The notes beneath the pieces are model-generated. The model did no database searches. It saw only the letters and a list, made by a program, of their open reading frames with translations, and was not told the origin of the DNA. The translations under genes were made by a program, and so were the position numbers. DNA of 64,000 nucleotides from Bacilli bacterium (GTDB lineage Bacteria > Bacillota_I > Bacilli_A > ML615J-28 > CAG-698): contig JBMNLZ010000001.1 in the NCBI GenBank assembly GCA_050953065.1, forward strand, positions 272,826 to 336,825. The letters run 5' to 3'. Shown piece by piece: positions 56,382-64,000 of the stretch (within the stretch, counting starts at the first letter, position 1; the number at the start of each line of letters is the position of its first letter).

Positions 56382-57641
56382 TTATTTTCCCTCTAATAAA
56401 AACTCACTATCAAATACTATATTATTTGCAATTCTAACAACATCTTCTTTTTTAATATCTTTTATAATTTTTATTTTTTCTTTAATTGAATTATTATCAT
56501 TTAAAAAATATTGCATTTCATAAAACATCCTAATTCTAGATATATTATCGCTTAATGAATTTAGCTGACTTAATAAACAATGTTTAGCTTTATTTAATGC
56601 TTCTTTTGAAATATTTCCTTTTTTTATTTTTTCAAGTTCTGCTTCAATCAACTTTCTTGCTTTTGAGGTATTTACACTAGCAAGACCTGCATAAACAAGC
56701 ATAATATGATATGAAAAATCAATATTTACATCAATATCATAAACTAAAGAATTTTTTTCTCTTACAACTTCAAATAATTTTGAAAATGGACCACTTCCAT
56801 AAATCAATAAAAAACTTAGTGCTGCATATTTATCTTTATCATTAAAATTAATATTTTGAACTCGATACCCTCGCATTAAAATACTTTGTTCAAAATTTTT
56901 TTTCTCTACAACTTTCTGATTTTCTATAACTTTTATTTCATTTTCAATTTCAAAAGGAACATTTAACTTAACTTTATTATAGATTCCTATTTCTTGGACG
57001 ATCTTTTGTACTTTTTTAAAAGTATAATCTCCCGTAATAAAAATACTAATTTCTTCTGTTTTAAACATCTCTAAATAAAACTGATATAAACTTTCAGAAG
57101 AGATTGCTTCTACTGTTTCTAAACTACCATAAGGTTTAACACTTAATAGAGTATCTTTCCCCATTAAATCAATAATACTATCAAGTGCATATATTTCTTT
57201 ATTATCATAACGACTAATAATTTTTTCTATTTCTAATCTTTTAGCTTCATCAAAAACTTTTTGATTAAATTTAGAATTTTCAATATTTGGATATAAAATA
57301 AACTCTTTCATATAATTAATAACATCACTAGTTAAATCTGCCTTAATTGGTCCTTTTTTAATGAAACTACATGAAAAAGATGTTATATTCATTTTATATT
57401 GTATATTAGAAGAAACTTTAAAAGAAGCTGCATACATTTTATATCTTTCTAATAAGGCTTCTTTTTTTGTTTTGTATTTACTGCAACCTTCTTTTAATAT
57501 CCTATTAAGTAAAATTCTATAACTTGCATTTTCCTTATTAAATTCACCTTTAAAAGCAATTTTAATCGAATTAGTTTTATATTTATTAGTTTTTAAAAAA
57601 ATAACATCTGTGTTATTAATTGTTTCTTTATATATTTTCAT
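56382..57641 (-). CDS. M16-family peptidase-like subunit lacking the HxxEH motif (non-catalytic partner)
   Basis: 419 aa with the M16 fold but no HxxEH; adjacent to and co-oriented with the active subunit (YmfF/YmfH- or AlbE/AlbF-like pairing). Confidence 0.7.
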   Translation of the reverse strand: MKIYKETINNTDVIFLKTNKYKTNSIKIAFKGEFNKENASYRILLNRILKEGCSKYKTKKEALLERYKMYAASFKVSSNIQYKMNITSFSCSFIKKGPIKADLTSDVINYMKEFILYPNIENSKFNQKVFDEAKRLEIEKIISRYDNKEIYALDSIIDLMGKDTLLSVKPYGSLETVEAISSESLYQFYLEMFKTEEISIFITGDYTFKKVQKIVQEIGIYNKVKLNVPFEIENEIKVIENQKVVEKKNFEQSILMRGYRVQNINFNDKDKYAALSFLLIYGSGPFSKLFEVVREKNSLVYDIDVNIDFSYHIMLVYAGLASVNTSKARKLIEAELEKIKKGNISKEALNKAKHCLLSQLNSLSDNISRIRMFYEMQYFLNDNNSIKEKIKIIKDIKKEDVVRIANNIVFDSEFLLEGK

Positions 57642-57659
57642 TTCTACTCCTTACAACAA

Positions 57660-57683
57660 AAAAAGTGGTTGCCCACTTTTTAT
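57660..57683 (-). terminator. Terminator of the deoC-deoD transcript
   Basis: aaaagtgg-ttgc-ccactttt plus a T run; the ORF-track ORF 57669..57905 here is spurious. Confidence 0.65.
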
Positions 57684-58390
57684 ATAGACTCTAATGCAAT
57701 TTTAATCATTTTATTAAAAGAAGTTTGTCTTTCTAAAGCTGAAGTTGCTTTTTTTGTTACTAAAGAATCTGAAACAGTTAAAATACAAGCGGCTTTTTTA
57801 TTTAATTTAATTGCATTTGCAAATAAAGCAAAAGATTCCATTTCAACTGCTAAGCAATTCTTCTTTTTAAATATTTCTCTAGCAAAGTCCTTATCATCTC
57901 TATAGAAAACATCTGATGAATGAATAAGCCCTGTATGTAATTTAAAATTTAATGCTTTAGCACTATTTATTAACTTTTCATTTAAATCTTTACTAGCATA
58001 TAAAATATCATTCTTTAGATTAAAAGCAGCCCTAGCAAAAGTAGATTCACTGTAAGCACCATCCACTAAAATAACATCATAAAGATCTAAATCTGGAGAA
58101 TATGCCCCACAAGAACCAACTCTAATGATGTTTTCAACATCATAAAATTTAAATAATTCGTATGAATAAATTCCAATACTTGGCATCCCCATCCCAGACC
58201 CCATAATACTAACCTTTTTACCATTATAATATCCAGTATAAGCAAGCATATTGCGTGTTGAATTAATTAAAACAACATCAGTTAAAAATGTTTCTGCAAT
58301 ATGTTTAGCTCTTAATGGATCTCCTGGCATTAAAACAGTTTTACCAAAAGCATCTTTTTTAATTGCTTCAATATGAGGTGTTGGAATCAT
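57680..58390 (-). CDS. deoD: Purine nucleoside phosphorylase (DeoD type)
   Basis: MIPTPHIEA..GDPLRAK..MGSGMGMPS DeoD blocks; 236 aa. Confidence 0.9.
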   Translation of the reverse strand: MIPTPHIEAIKKDAFGKTVLMPGDPLRAKHIAETFLTDVVLINSTRNMLAYTGYYNGKKVSIMGSGMGMPSIGIYSYELFKFYDVENIIRVGSCGAYSPDLDLYDVILVDGAYSESTFARAAFNLKNDILYASKDLNEKLINSAKALNFKLHTGLIHSSDVFYRDDKDFAREIFKKKNCLAVEMESFALFANAIKLNKKAACILTVSDSLVTKKATSALERQTSFNKMIKIALESI

Positions 58391-58392
58391 AT

Positions 58393-59049
58393 TTAAACTC
58401 CTTTTTTTAATTCTTCGATTATTACTACTCCATTACTAGTACCAATTCTATTAGCACCTACTTTTATAAAGTTTAAAAAATCAGATGCACATCTTATCCC
58501 ACCACTTGCTTTTACACTCATTTCACTACTAATATTAGCACGCATAAGCTTTACATCTTCTATTGTAGCACCTGATGTCCCAAAACCAGTTGAAGTCTTT
58601 ACAAACAAAGCTCCAGCTAGAGTAGCTGCTCTACAAACCAATATTTTTTGTTCTTCGTTTAAATAACAAGTTTCAAAGATTACTTTTACTATTCTACCAG
58701 CTGCAGCTTCTACTACAGCCTTTATTTCTTGATATAAATAATCAAAATCATTTTCTCTTGCTTTACCAATATTAATGACCATATCTATCTCATCAGATCC
58801 TAAACTAATAGCTTCCATTGTTGCTATTTGTTTAGTAGCGATAGTATCAGCCCCTAGCGGAAAACCAATTACTGTACAAACTAATACATCTGTATCCATA
58901 AGTTCAGCTTTAGCAGTTTCTATATAACAAGGGTTAACACAAACACTCATAAAGTTATATTGTTTTGCTTCCTTACAAAGCTTTATAATGTCTTCTGTTG
59001 TTGCAGTAGCTTTTAATAGTGTATGGTCAATATATTTTGAATATTCCAT
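58393..59049 (-). CDS. deoC: Deoxyribose-phosphate aldolase
   Basis: IDHTLLK ... VCVNP ... KASGGIR Schiff-base-Lys blocks; 218 aa. Confidence 0.9.
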   Translation of the reverse strand: MEYSKYIDHTLLKATATTEDIIKLCKEAKQYNFMSVCVNPCYIETAKAELMDTDVLVCTVIGFPLGADTIATKQIATMEAISLGSDEIDMVINIGKARENDFDYLYQEIKAVVEAAAGRIVKVIFETCYLNEEQKILVCRAATLAGALFVKTSTGFGTSGATIEDVKLMRANISSEMSVKASGGIRCASDFLNFIKVGANRIGTSNGVVIIEELKKGV

Positions 59050-59050
59050 T

Positions 59051-59917
59051 TTATTCTTGAATCCTATCTACGATATCACATAATCTAATTTTTTTAAATT
59101 GGTCAATATTCATCATATATTTTCTAATCTTTTTAAGATTTTTACCAGCTTTAATCGCTGCCTTTCTTTTCATTATATATAAATCAGGAAGATGAGCTTC
59201 TACTTTATCAATATATTTTGAAAAGTTTCTAAAGAAATCTTCACTTCTTATAATATATGGAATACTACCTTCTTCTAGAATATATATATAATCTACATAT
59301 GGTGGAAATAAAACTGCTTCTCCTACTTTCCAAATACAACTCATACTTGCTTCATTAGTATTAATATCAACAATTGGATTAACTAAATTTACTTCTACTT
59401 GGTCTTTATAATAGTCTTGCAAATTAGCAACCGATCTTTGGTACTTACAAACAATACTTAATTTATCAAAATCATAAGTATATTTACCTTGATATCCAAA
59501 TTGTTTAATTGAAGCACTTCTAATGCGTTCAAACAATACTAATAAATGAGTGATATTAAAAGGAGAAATATCATCATAGGTTTCATGATAAACTGACAGT
59601 TGAAACATATTACACAATCTTTGAGCAACACCTAGAACTTCTTGCGCTAAAAACCTAGGAATTAAGACAGGCATTTCAAGCGAAAAGTTTAAATTAATAT
59701 ATTTTGGACTTAATCTATAGATTTGATTAATCCTAGATTTTTTAGTTAATATAAAGCGATAAGAAAATTTAAATTCTTCATCAGCATACTTTATACTAAA
59801 AGCATCTTCTTCTTCGAAAAATCTATAATTAGGATTATTCGAAAAAAAATCCATAATCTTTTCTAAATCAAGTTTATCTAAACTACTTTCTCTAAAAAAA
59901 TGAAGTACAACCGGCAT
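59051..59917 (-). CDS. Uncharacterized 288-aa protein; its start (59917) overlaps the end of ileS by 1 bp
   Basis: No recognisable motif. It occupies the slot just downstream of ileS in the yggS-sepF-yggT-ileS cluster; its start overlaps the ileS stop. Confidence 0.4.
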   Translation of the reverse strand: MPVVLHFFRESSLDKLDLEKIMDFFSNNPNYRFFEEEDAFSIKYADEEFKFSYRFILTKKSRINQIYRLSPKYINLNFSLEMPVLIPRFLAQEVLGVAQRLCNMFQLSVYHETYDDISPFNITHLLVLFERIRSASIKQFGYQGKYTYDFDKLSIVCKYQRSVANLQDYYKDQVEVNLVNPIVDINTNEASMSCIWKVGEAVLFPPYVDYIYILEEGSIPYIIRSEDFFRNFSKYIDKVEAHLPDLYIMKRKAAIKAGKNLKKIRKYMMNIDQFKKIRLCDIVDRIQE

Positions 59918-62658
59918 TATTTTACCTCCAAACTCTCAACTACTTTATTACATCTTTCGCAAAGACCTTTATCATTAACTTTATCTACTACTTGCCAACA
60001 ACGATCACATATAATTCCTTCTCTTGCAGTAACTAAAATTGTTCCACTATCAAATTCTTCACCTTGAATTGATTCATCAGTCAAAACAAATTCTGAAACT
60101 ATAAAGACTGTTTTAAAGTCTACCTTTAAAGATTTAAATAAATCTTTAACTTCTAAAGAAGGCTTCATAACAATCTTAGCACTCATTGACTTACCAATAA
60201 CTTTCTCATTTCTAGCATTTTCAAGTGCTTTTAAGATATCATCTCTTACTTCCATAAAACTAGAATATTTTTTTATTAATTCATTTTGATTAGAATACTT
60301 ATTCACCTTAGGCATACGTAATAAATATGCACTTTCAAAACTAACATTATTCATATGAGACAATACTTCATCAGTTGTGTGAGGAATAAGCGGTGTTAAT
60401 AATCTTATTAAACTATCTAATGTTTTATATAAAACTGTTTGAATACTTCTTCTTTCAAAATTATCAAATTTTTCAATATATAAAATATCTTTTATAAAGT
60501 CTAAATAAAAGGCTGATAAATCATTTGAAATAAATGAAGTGATTAGTCTAAATACTTCGTTAAATTCATACTTATCATATGATGATAAAACTTTTTCAAT
60601 TAATTGATTAAGTTTACACATCATAAATTGATCAATTTCAGGCAATTTATTATAATCTACTTTATCTTTTTCATTATCATAATCAAATAGATTACCAAGT
60701 AAAAATCTAAATGTATTTCTAATTTTTCTATATGATTCTGCAGTTTGTTGGATTAATTCTTTTGAAATTCTAACATCTGCAGTATATTCAACACTTGAAG
60801 CCCAAAGTCTTAAAATATCAGCTCCAAATTGATTACAAATTAATTCAGGACTTACTGAGTTTCCTAAAGATTTACTCATCTTTCTACCTTGGCCATCTAA
60901 CACAAAGCCATGAGTTAAAGTCCCCTTATATGGAGCAATCCCATTTAATGCAACACTAATGATTAAACTTGAGTTAAACCAACCTCTATATTGGTCAGAC
61001 CCTTCAATATATAAATCAGCCGGATAACTTAAGCCCTCTTCTACTAAAACTGCTTGGCTACTTGATCCTGAATCAAACCAAACATCCATTGTATCAACTT
61101 CTTTTGTAAAAAAGCCATTTGGACTATGAGGATTAGTATAGCCCTTTGGTAATAAATCTTTAGCTTCTTTTTCATACCAAACAGAAGATCCTTCTTTTCT
61201 AAAAATTTCACTAACATGATTAATAATATCTTCATCTAAAATAGGAGTATTATCTTCAGCATAAAAGATTGGAATTGGTACTCCCCAAACTCTTTGGCGA
61301 GAAATACACCAATCTTTTCTGTCTTTAATCATATTACTAATACGTAGTTCACCCCATTTAGGAATCCATTCTACATTTTTAATAGCTTCTAAAAGTTCTT
61401 CTTTGATAGTGTCAATTGATGCAAACCATTGATCAGTCGCCCTAAAGATAACTGGTTTTTTAGTACGCCAATCATGAGGATAACTGTGAGTTATTGTTTC
61501 AAGATGTAATAGCGAATTATTGGCTTTCAAATCTTCAACAACTTGATTATTCGCTACTTCATAAAATAAGCCTTCATAACCTAAAGATTCTTCTGTCATA
61601 TAACCTTTTGAATCAACTGGACATAAAATTTCTAAATTATATGCTTTAGCTACAACAAAGTCATCTTCACCATGCCCTGGAGCAGTATGAACAAGCCCTG
61701 TTCCACTTTCCTTAGTAACGTGTTCACCTAAAATTACTAAACCTTTTCTTTTATTTAAAGAATGCTCATAAGTAATGTATTCTAAATCTACACCTTTAAC
61801 TTTCTTTAAAACTTCATATTCTAAAATACCTAACTTTTTAACAACTTCTTCTAACAAATCACAACCAATAACTAAAATTCTATTACTAGTTTTAATAACT
61901 GCATACTCAAATTCAGGATGAACTGAGATTGCAAGGTTAGCAGGTATTGTCCAAGGAGTTGTTGTCCAAATTAATAATTCAGCATTACTTGGTAAAACAC
62001 CTTTTGAATCTAGCACTTTAAAAGCAACATAAATTGAACTAGAATTTTTATCATGATATTCAATTTCAGCTTCAGCTAAAGCAGATTCACTTGATGGAGA
62101 CCAAAAAACTGGTTTTAATCCTTTAAAGATTAAATTTTTTTTGACCATTTTACCAAATACTTTTATTTGAACTGCTTCATAATTTTTATCTAGTGTTAAA
62201 TAAGGTTTATTCCACCTACCTAAAATACCTAATCTTTTAAATTGTTCTTTTTGAATTGCAATTTGTTTAAAAGCATATTCTTCGCATAATTTTCTAAACT
62301 CTACAACACTAATTTCTTTTCTATTTATTTTAGAGTTTTTTGTTAGGGCAGTTTCAATCGGTAGTCCATGTGTATCCCAACCAGGAACATATGGTGCATA
62401 AAAACCTCTCATTGTTTTATACCTAACAATAAAATCTTTTATAATTTTATTTAAGGCATGTCCTTCATGAATACTTCCATTAGCATATGGAGGTCCATCA
62501 TGTAAAACAAAAGGAGTATTTCCTTTGTTTTGTTCTAATGCCTTTTCATAAAGATTTATCTCATCCCATTTTTTTTCAAGTTCTGGCTCTTTACTTGGAA
62601 GATTAGCTTTCATGCTAAAGTCAGTTTTCATCATTAGTAAAGTATCTTTATAATCCAT
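59917..62658 (-). CDS. ileS: Isoleucine--tRNA ligase
   Basis: [11 protein letters not shown] (HIGH) and KMSKS motifs, and a C-terminal CDRCW..CERC zinc finger; 913 aa. Confidence 0.95.
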   Translation of the reverse strand: MDYKDTLLMMKTDFSMKANLPSKEPELEKKWDEINLYEKALEQNKGNTPFVLHDGPPYANGSIHEGHALNKIIKDFIVRYKTMRGFYAPYVPGWDTHGLPIETALTKNSKINRKEISVVEFRKLCEEYAFKQIAIQKEQFKRLGILGRWNKPYLTLDKNYEAVQIKVFGKMVKKNLIFKGLKPVFWSPSSESALAEAEIEYHDKNSSSIYVAFKVLDSKGVLPSNAELLIWTTTPWTIPANLAISVHPEFEYAVIKTSNRILVIGCDLLEEVVKKLGILEYEVLKKVKGVDLEYITYEHSLNKRKGLVILGEHVTKESGTGLVHTAPGHGEDDFVVAKAYNLEILCPVDSKGYMTEESLGYEGLFYEVANNQVVEDLKANNSLLHLETITHSYPHDWRTKKPVIFRATDQWFASIDTIKEELLEAIKNVEWIPKWGELRISNMIKDRKDWCISRQRVWGVPIPIFYAEDNTPILDEDIINHVSEIFRKEGSSVWYEKEAKDLLPKGYTNPHSPNGFFTKEVDTMDVWFDSGSSSQAVLVEEGLSYPADLYIEGSDQYRGWFNSSLIISVALNGIAPYKGTLTHGFVLDGQGRKMSKSLGNSVSPELICNQFGADILRLWASSVEYTADVRISKELIQQTAESYRKIRNTFRFLLGNLFDYDNEKDKVDYNKLPEIDQFMMCKLNQLIEKVLSSYDKYEFNEVFRLITSFISNDLSAFYLDFIKDILYIEKFDNFERRSIQTVLYKTLDSLIRLLTPLIPHTTDEVLSHMNNVSFESAYLLRMPKVNKYSNQNELIKKYSSFMEVRDDILKALENARNEKVIGKSMSAKIVMKPSLEVKDLFKSLKVDFKTVFIVSEFVLTDESIQGEEFDSGTILVTAREGIICDRCWQVVDKVNDKGLCERCNKVVESLEVK

Positions 62659-62668
62659 TTTAAACTCC

Positions 62669-62929
62669 TTAAAATATTAAAAACAATAAACTTGATGCAC
62701 CTAATATGGTCCCATAAACACCCAAACCAATATAAGTGCCTAAATCAATAAAGGAAATAACAATTTTTCCTTTAAAAAAATCTAGATAGAAACTACCTAA
62801 ATTTACAATAAACTTAAAAAATTTAACTTCAGTAATTATAGGAAACCAATAAGATAAAAAAGTTATCGCTAAAACTCCTGAGTAAACATATAATAAAGTA
62901 TTAATAACAAAATATATCCAAAACAGCAT
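62669..62929 (-). CDS. YggT-family small membrane protein (YlmG-like)
   Basis: 86 aa with two hydrophobic segments; position between sepF and ileS as in the B. subtilis ylm cluster. Confidence 0.55.
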   Translation of the reverse strand: MLFWIYFVINTLLYVYSGVLAITFLSYWFPIITEVKFFKFIVNLGSFYLDFFKGKIVISFIDLGTYIGLGVYGTILGASSLLFLIF

Positions 62930-63276
62930 TATTTTGAATCCTTAGCATATTGTCTTAAAGATCCATCCTCAAACTCTTCTTTTCTTGCAAAAAGATATAT
63001 TTTTTCATCCATCTTAATATAATCACCATCAGATGCAAAAACTACTCCTGTTAAAAAGGCCAAAATTTCATTAGCTCTTCTATTATTTACTTTTTCTAAA
63101 CCTACTAAGACAGGAAAACCAGCTAGTATATTTTTACCGATTTTAAATAATTCTGCATCAGAATCATCTTGAATGAAAAAGTAATTCATTTTTTCATAAG
63201 AAGTCATTATACCCTTACTTCTAGTATTCTTATATTCATTAAACTTCATTTTTTTAGTTTTTTTAAATAGTCCCAT
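62929..63276 (-). CDS. sepF: Cell division protein SepF
   Basis: 115 aa; the DUF552 core ...KIGKNILAGFPVLVGLEKVNNRRANEILAFLTGVVFASDGDYIKMDEKIYLFA matches SepF. Confidence 0.75.
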   Translation of the reverse strand: MGLFKKTKKMKFNEYKNTRSKGIMTSYEKMNYFFIQDDSDAELFKIGKNILAGFPVLVGLEKVNNRRANEILAFLTGVVFASDGDYIKMDEKIYLFARKEEFEDGSLRQYAKDSK

Positions 63277-63285
63277 TATCTTCTC

Positions 63286-63933
63286 CTATTTTAAAAATAT
63301 TCTTCCAAGTCTTATATGAGTTGCTCCTTGTTCTATAGCTATCTTATAATCATTTGACATTCCCATTGATAGATAATGACAAGGTGCATATTCTAAATTC
63401 ATTTCTTCTATTTCTTCTTTAACTAATCTCATTTGTTCGAATGAATTTGCTATTAGATTAATATCATAAGTCATTTGTGCAATACACATTAATCCAACTA
63501 CTCTAATATTAGGATATTTTGCTAAAGATTTAACAAATCCTTTTACTTTATTAATTGGGATTCCTGATTTATTTGGTTCCTCAGATATATTAACTTGAAT
63601 AAAACAATCAAGTGGTTCTGTTAATCTTTTATCAAGTTCTATTGCTAGAGAAATTCTATCTAAAGAATGCAAACAAGAAATTTTATTTACTATCTCTTTT
63701 ATTTTTCTAGATTGTAAAACTCCAAAGAAGTGCCATTTAACACCTAGGTCTTTTAAAGCTTCATATTTTTCTAAAAACATATCAGTTCTATTTTCACCAA
63801 AATCTTTAATTCCACAAGCAACCAATTCTTTAGCCTCATCAACTGACATATATTTAGTAGCTGCTATTATTTTAACATCTGGGTAATCTTTTAAAGATTC
63901 TAATACTTTGTCTACATTATTCTTAATAGTCAT
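63286..63933 (-). CDS. yggS: YggS/PLPHP-family pyridoxal-phosphate homeostasis protein (YlmE-like)
   Basis: IAATKYMSVDEAKELVACGIKDFGENR with Lys in ATK; alanine-racemase-N fold; 215 aa. Confidence 0.85.
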   Translation of the reverse strand: MTIKNNVDKVLESLKDYPDVKIIAATKYMSVDEAKELVACGIKDFGENRTDMFLEKYEALKDLGVKWHFFGVLQSRKIKEIVNKISCLHSLDRISLAIELDKRLTEPLDCFIQVNISEEPNKSGIPINKVKGFVKSLAKYPNIRVVGLMCIAQMTYDINLIANSFEQMRLVKEEIEEMNLEYAPCHYLSMGMSNDYKIAIEQGATHIRLGRIFLK

Positions 63934-64000
63934 TTTAATCTATACTCTCTTTCTTTATCCATAAAACTTAATAATTATCTATTAATTATTATAGCATTTT

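Noticed and set aside
57669-57905. 78-aa plus-strand ORF
   Set aside because: It overlaps the deoD terminator hairpin and the 3' end of deoD on the opposite strand; no homology or RBS.
1-64000. Alternative genetic code (UGA=Trp, Mollicutes-like) suggested by the very low GC content
   Set aside because: ORFs of 2.7 to 8.5 kb are uninterrupted under the standard code. Peptidoglycan genes are present (murI, amidase, sepF). This supports a walled Firmicute using translation table 11.
1-64000. Mobile elements, integrases, transposases, phage genes
   Set aside because: I found no such reading frames and no inverted-repeat-flanked units. The rSAM cassette is an island by strand and context only, with no recognisable mobility genes.

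Overview
This window looks like AT-rich (roughly 27-30% GC) chromosomal DNA from a cell-walled low-GC Firmicute that uses the standard genetic code. Most genes lie on the minus strand. The core is conserved housekeeping.

- **Nucleotide salvage and one-carbon:** pdp, deoC, deoD, thyA, folA.
- **tRNA modification:** trmL, queG, tmcAL, cca, and a tRNA-Gly gene.
- **Aminoacyl-tRNA synthetases:** alaS with an Ala T-box leader, gltX, ileS.
- **Cell division:** a yggS-sepF-yggT cluster next to ileS.
- **Other housekeeping:** rnj, yebC, metK, a DEAD-box helicase, tldD/tldE, murI, an mrp Fe-S carrier, a two-subunit Fe-S hydro-lyase, and an FMN riboswitch controlling a RibU-like riboflavin transporter.

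Three things stand out.

- **Peptide/protein-maturation cassette (11861..14448, minus strand).** A 2.6-kb minus-strand operon encodes a radical-SAM/SPASM enzyme, an HPr-kinase-like P-loop protein, a PqqD-type chaperone and a membrane-anchor-less SipW-like S26 peptidase. It has no precursor gene in cis. I take this for an undescribed peptide- or protein-maturation system.
- **LRR surface lipoproteins (35318..50835).** About 15.5 kb holds three tandem BspA-like leucine-rich-repeat lipoproteins of 359, 1882 and 2825 aa. All three end in NRPVVWGYTG, and the 1882- and 2825-aa genes share Listeria-Bacteroides (Flg_new) repeat modules. The genes carry perfect 450-bp and 336-bp in-frame tandem repeats and in-frame dispersed repeats.
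- **Big_2-rich cell-wall amidase (51634..54945).** A 1103-aa protein with repeated Ig-like domains and a C-terminal Amidase_2 domain lies next to an M16 peptidase pair.

Smaller oddities are a Q/N-rich prion-like membrane protein with 63-bp tandem repeats and C-terminal zinc ribbons, an ABC exporter whose ATPase catalytic motifs are all degenerate, a racemase-like protein with Cys-to-Ser changes at both catalytic sites, and a short SsbB-like SSB lacking an ATG start. I found no CRISPR array, IS element or prophage.
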